DNA of 36,669 nt from a virus. Lineage: Duplodnaviria > Caudoviricetes. The notes under the pieces were generated by a model. That model had not been told where the DNA came from. It saw only the letters and a list, made by a program, of their open reading frames with translations, and did not search any database. Below are positions 34,715-36,669 of this stretch, piece after piece (within the stretch, counting starts at the first letter, position 1; each line of letters opens with the position of its first letter). Position numbers and translations under genes: made by a program. The stretch spans positions 1 to 36,669 of the IMG/VR virus record IMGVR_UViG_3300048577_000566; one strand, 5' to 3'.

Positions 34715-35281
34715 ATGCTTCGAGCCGTATTTCTCGGCGCGCTGGCGCTTGCCTGCGCGTTTGCCTATTCGTTGCTGTTCTCGATCCCGAGCTGGTCGGC
34801 CGGGCTGCATCCGCGATGCAATATCGACTGGCCGTGCGTTATAGCGACCGGCCAAAAAGTAAAAACATCCAAGGCAGGTTTATACGATCGCATCGCCCGC
34901 GCTGACCGCTACCGCAACCTCGAGTTCGGGGTGCCGATATACCCGCCAGAGACGGCAGCGCGCTGGCTAGCCGGCACGCCGCGCTACATCGCCGGCCGAC
35001 TTAAATGCGCCGTCAACGTCAATGCGGCGCTCGCGGCCCGCGGCATTCGTGGCACCGGATCTGCGCTCGCCAAGTCGTTCCTGTCGTGGGGTAGGGCTTC
35101 GGGCCCTACACTTGGCGCCGTAGCTGTGTTTTCGCGTGGCCGTCGCGGCGGTCACGTCGCGATTGTCCATGATGTTCGGCCTGACGGCACGGTGATCTAT
35201 CTCAACCCGTCGTCGCGCCGGCAGGCGTGGCAGGTCGGGCCCTATGGCAAGCGGCCGATCGCGTTTCGGGTGGCGGGATGA
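34715..35281 (+). CDS. Exported CHAP/NlpC-P60-like protein
   Basis: Signal-like N-terminus. CAVNVN..L...G..GTGSALAKSFLSWG...GAVAVF.RG..GGHVAIV gives a Cys/His pair. AAGGA RBS. Confidence 0.75.
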   Translation: MLRAVFLGALALACAFAYSLLFSIPSWSAGLHPRCNIDWPCVIATGQKVKTSKAGLYDRIARADRYRNLEFGVPIYPPETAARWLAGTPRYIAGRLKCAVNVNAALAARGIRGTGSALAKSFLSWGRASGPTLGAVAVFSRGRRGGHVAIVHDVRPDGTVIYLNPSSRRQAWQVGPYGKRPIAFRVAG

Positions 35282-35505
35282 CCCCCGCGCGCGATCCGCT
35301 GCTGCCATGGCGCTATCAGACATGGCGAGAGCGCTGCGAAACGGTTGTTTGCTGGCTGATTGCCATGTTGATCGGGATCGCTCTTTTTGGTGTCGGTCTG
35401 TATGTGCTCGGCGCGGCCTTTGAAAACCTCAGTCTGTACTACGAGCAGCGCGACCAGTGCCTCAAGCGCGCGACGAACGGCTACGAAATCGAGCGCTGCC
35501 GATGA
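35278..35505 (+). CDS. Small single-TM protein
   Basis: ATGA-coupled, with a hydrophobic central segment. Confidence 0.6.
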   Translation: MTPARDPLLPWRYQTWRERCETVVCWLIAMLIGIALFGVGLYVLGAAFENLSLYYEQRDQCLKRATNGYEIERCR

Positions 35506-35611
35506 CCGCCGTGCGCGGCTGGAACGTGATGGAGATCTGGACAGCCGCGCTGGTGTGGCTGGTTGCTTAGCTCCCGCGCAGGCCGGGTTATGCCTGCACC
35601 TCCCTAGACTT

Positions 35612-35645
35612 GGCCCGTTCGGCATAGTGCCGGGCGGGCTTTTTT
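35612..35645 (+). terminator. Terminator ending the late operon
   Basis: GGCCCGTTCGGCA-tag-TGCCGGGCGGGCT TTTTT. Confidence 0.85.
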
Positions 35646-35692
35646 GTCGTTTTAAAATTCTTGCGGCGTGGTTGCGCCGTCGATCATACCCG

Positions 35693-36154
35693 CTATCGCC
35701 CGAGCGATGCCCGATTGTCGAGCCATGTCCACGCAATTGCAACTTGGTAGGCATCGATCCAGTCACCAGCCGCTGTATCGTCCAGCAGCCCTGCTTCCGG
35801 GCGCACGGCGCAATAGGGTGCGCGCGGCACGTCACCGCGTGACGCCTCGAACCACGGATATCCTTCATGCAGCGATTGCCAGAGCTTGCCGGCTGGCCTG
35901 CTCTCGGCGCACAAGCCGATTGTACATAGACCGGCCTGGTCGCTGGCACGGCCGACCGTGACCAGCGCGGCTGCGCCTAACAGGCGCGCCGCAGCACGAT
36001 ATCCATCATGCCAGGGAATTGGATCGCCGGCAGGGTCAGTGACTGCTCGACGCAGATGCGCGAGCCACTCCGCGGCCTCCGCCGGCGACCATGATGGCAG
36101 CGCCTCGCGCGTGCCGCGGCCGATCCCCAGCGCAACGTGCCAGATGTAATTCAT
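35693..36154 (-). CDS. Hypothetical protein coupled to the ParB-like gene
   Basis: ATG 36154 overlaps the upstream TGA (ATGA). 153 aa, Trp-rich. Confidence 0.6.
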   Translation of the reverse strand: MNYIWHVALGIGRGTREALPSWSPAEAAEWLAHLRRAVTDPAGDPIPWHDGYRAAARLLGAAALVTVGRASDQAGLCTIGLCAESRPAGKLWQSLHEGYPWFEASRGDVPRAPYCAVRPEAGLLDDTAAGDWIDAYQVAIAWTWLDNRASLGR

Positions 36155-36669
36155 TGAGCTTCCCACGCCTCTGAAAATTCGCGATTAGCAAACATTTCTT
36201 CGAGCCCCTTGATTTGCTTGAGGCGAAGCACTTCATCCGGCTCCATGCCCAACTCCTTGCCTATCTTATTGTCGGACCAGTTGCGGCGCGCGAGCTCAAT
36301 CACGATCTCTGACATCGAGTTGACGGCGTGTTTCCCTCGCGCCCTGTTGTGCCGGATGGTGGACGCTATGCGGTCACCCCGATCGGTTCGAGCGCCATTG
36401 ATGATGACGACAGGCAGGTGAGAGAGACCCATCGCCTTGCCGACCTTGTGGCGATGAAAGCCATCCACAACCTCATAGGTTCCCGGCTCGACCTCCCACA
36501 CGACGATGGGCTGCGTAAATCCGTCGGACTCGATGGAGAGGCGCAATAACTCCATCTCCGGCAACGCAACCGAGTTCGGGTTGTAGTCATTCGCACGCAC
36601 CGCTGTGGCCGGCACCCACTGCACGCGGCTAACCGGGTGTCGTTCAGTCCACCTCAGATCATCTTCCAC
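36151..36669 (-). CDS. IbrB-like ParB/Srx domain protein (start at window edge, may be truncated)
   Basis: ANDYNPN.VA.PEM.LL..SI..DGFTQPIV...VVDGFHR...STIRHNRARGKH...ELGM.PDEVLRLKQI.GL...FS.AW. Confidence 0.85.
   Translation of the reverse strand: MEDDLRWTERHPVSRVQWVPATAVRANDYNPNSVALPEMELLRLSIESDGFTQPIVVWEVEPGTYEVVDGFHRHKVGKAMGLSHLPVVIINGARTDRGDRIASTIRHNRARGKHAVNSMSEIVIELARRNWSDNKIGKELGMEPDEVLRLKQIKGLEEMFANREFSEAWEAQ

Larger units (their letters stand above)
1..35645. mobile_element. Temperate phage/prophage, lambdoid organisation, P22-like podovirus morphogenesis module, alphaproteobacterial host
   Basis: Continuous ordered set: integrase, repressor/cro, recombination, replication, terminase, portal, capsid, ejection proteins, fibres, lysis. 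No tape measure, tube or sheath gene. Boundaries approximate, att sites not seen, may extend to 36669 or beyond. Confidence 0.95.

Noticed and set aside
35646-35700. attR site or tRNA fragment
   Set aside because: No tRNA-like sequence is recognisable, and the matching attL would lie left of position 1, so no direct repeat can be tested.

Overview
The window is almost entirely one temperate phage or prophage of an alphaproteobacterial, probably Rhizobiales, host. The host inference rests on the high GC content, a GapR homolog and an alpha-type LexA box. Gene order is lambdoid and the virion module is P22-like podoviral. From left to right: integrase and excisionase-like gene; leftward early operon (1-6110); immunity region (6140-8205) with twin promoters, five 15-bp operators, a tandem-HTH repressor and cro; rightward early operon (DnaA-C, HNH, VRR-NUC, ERF, exonuclease, SSB, GapR, Rha, replication initiator, Q-position gene); late operon (terminase, portal, scaffold, capsid, tail, ejection proteins, fibres, lysis) ending at a terminator near 35645; then two reverse-strand genes including an IbrB/ParB-like gene at the window edge. 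The most striking element is a DUF6745-like gene carrying a 41-unit 12-bp array that encodes Ser-Ala-Thr-X, where X is only A, R, D or Y, coupled to a small His-rich partner gene. Also notable are a repressor with no autocleavage domain next to a LexA-box-controlled small gene (candidate antirepressor) and two membrane-protein cassettes at exclusion-gene positions. Family assignments come from motif recognition by eye and no searches were run. The att sites are not identifiable in the window.
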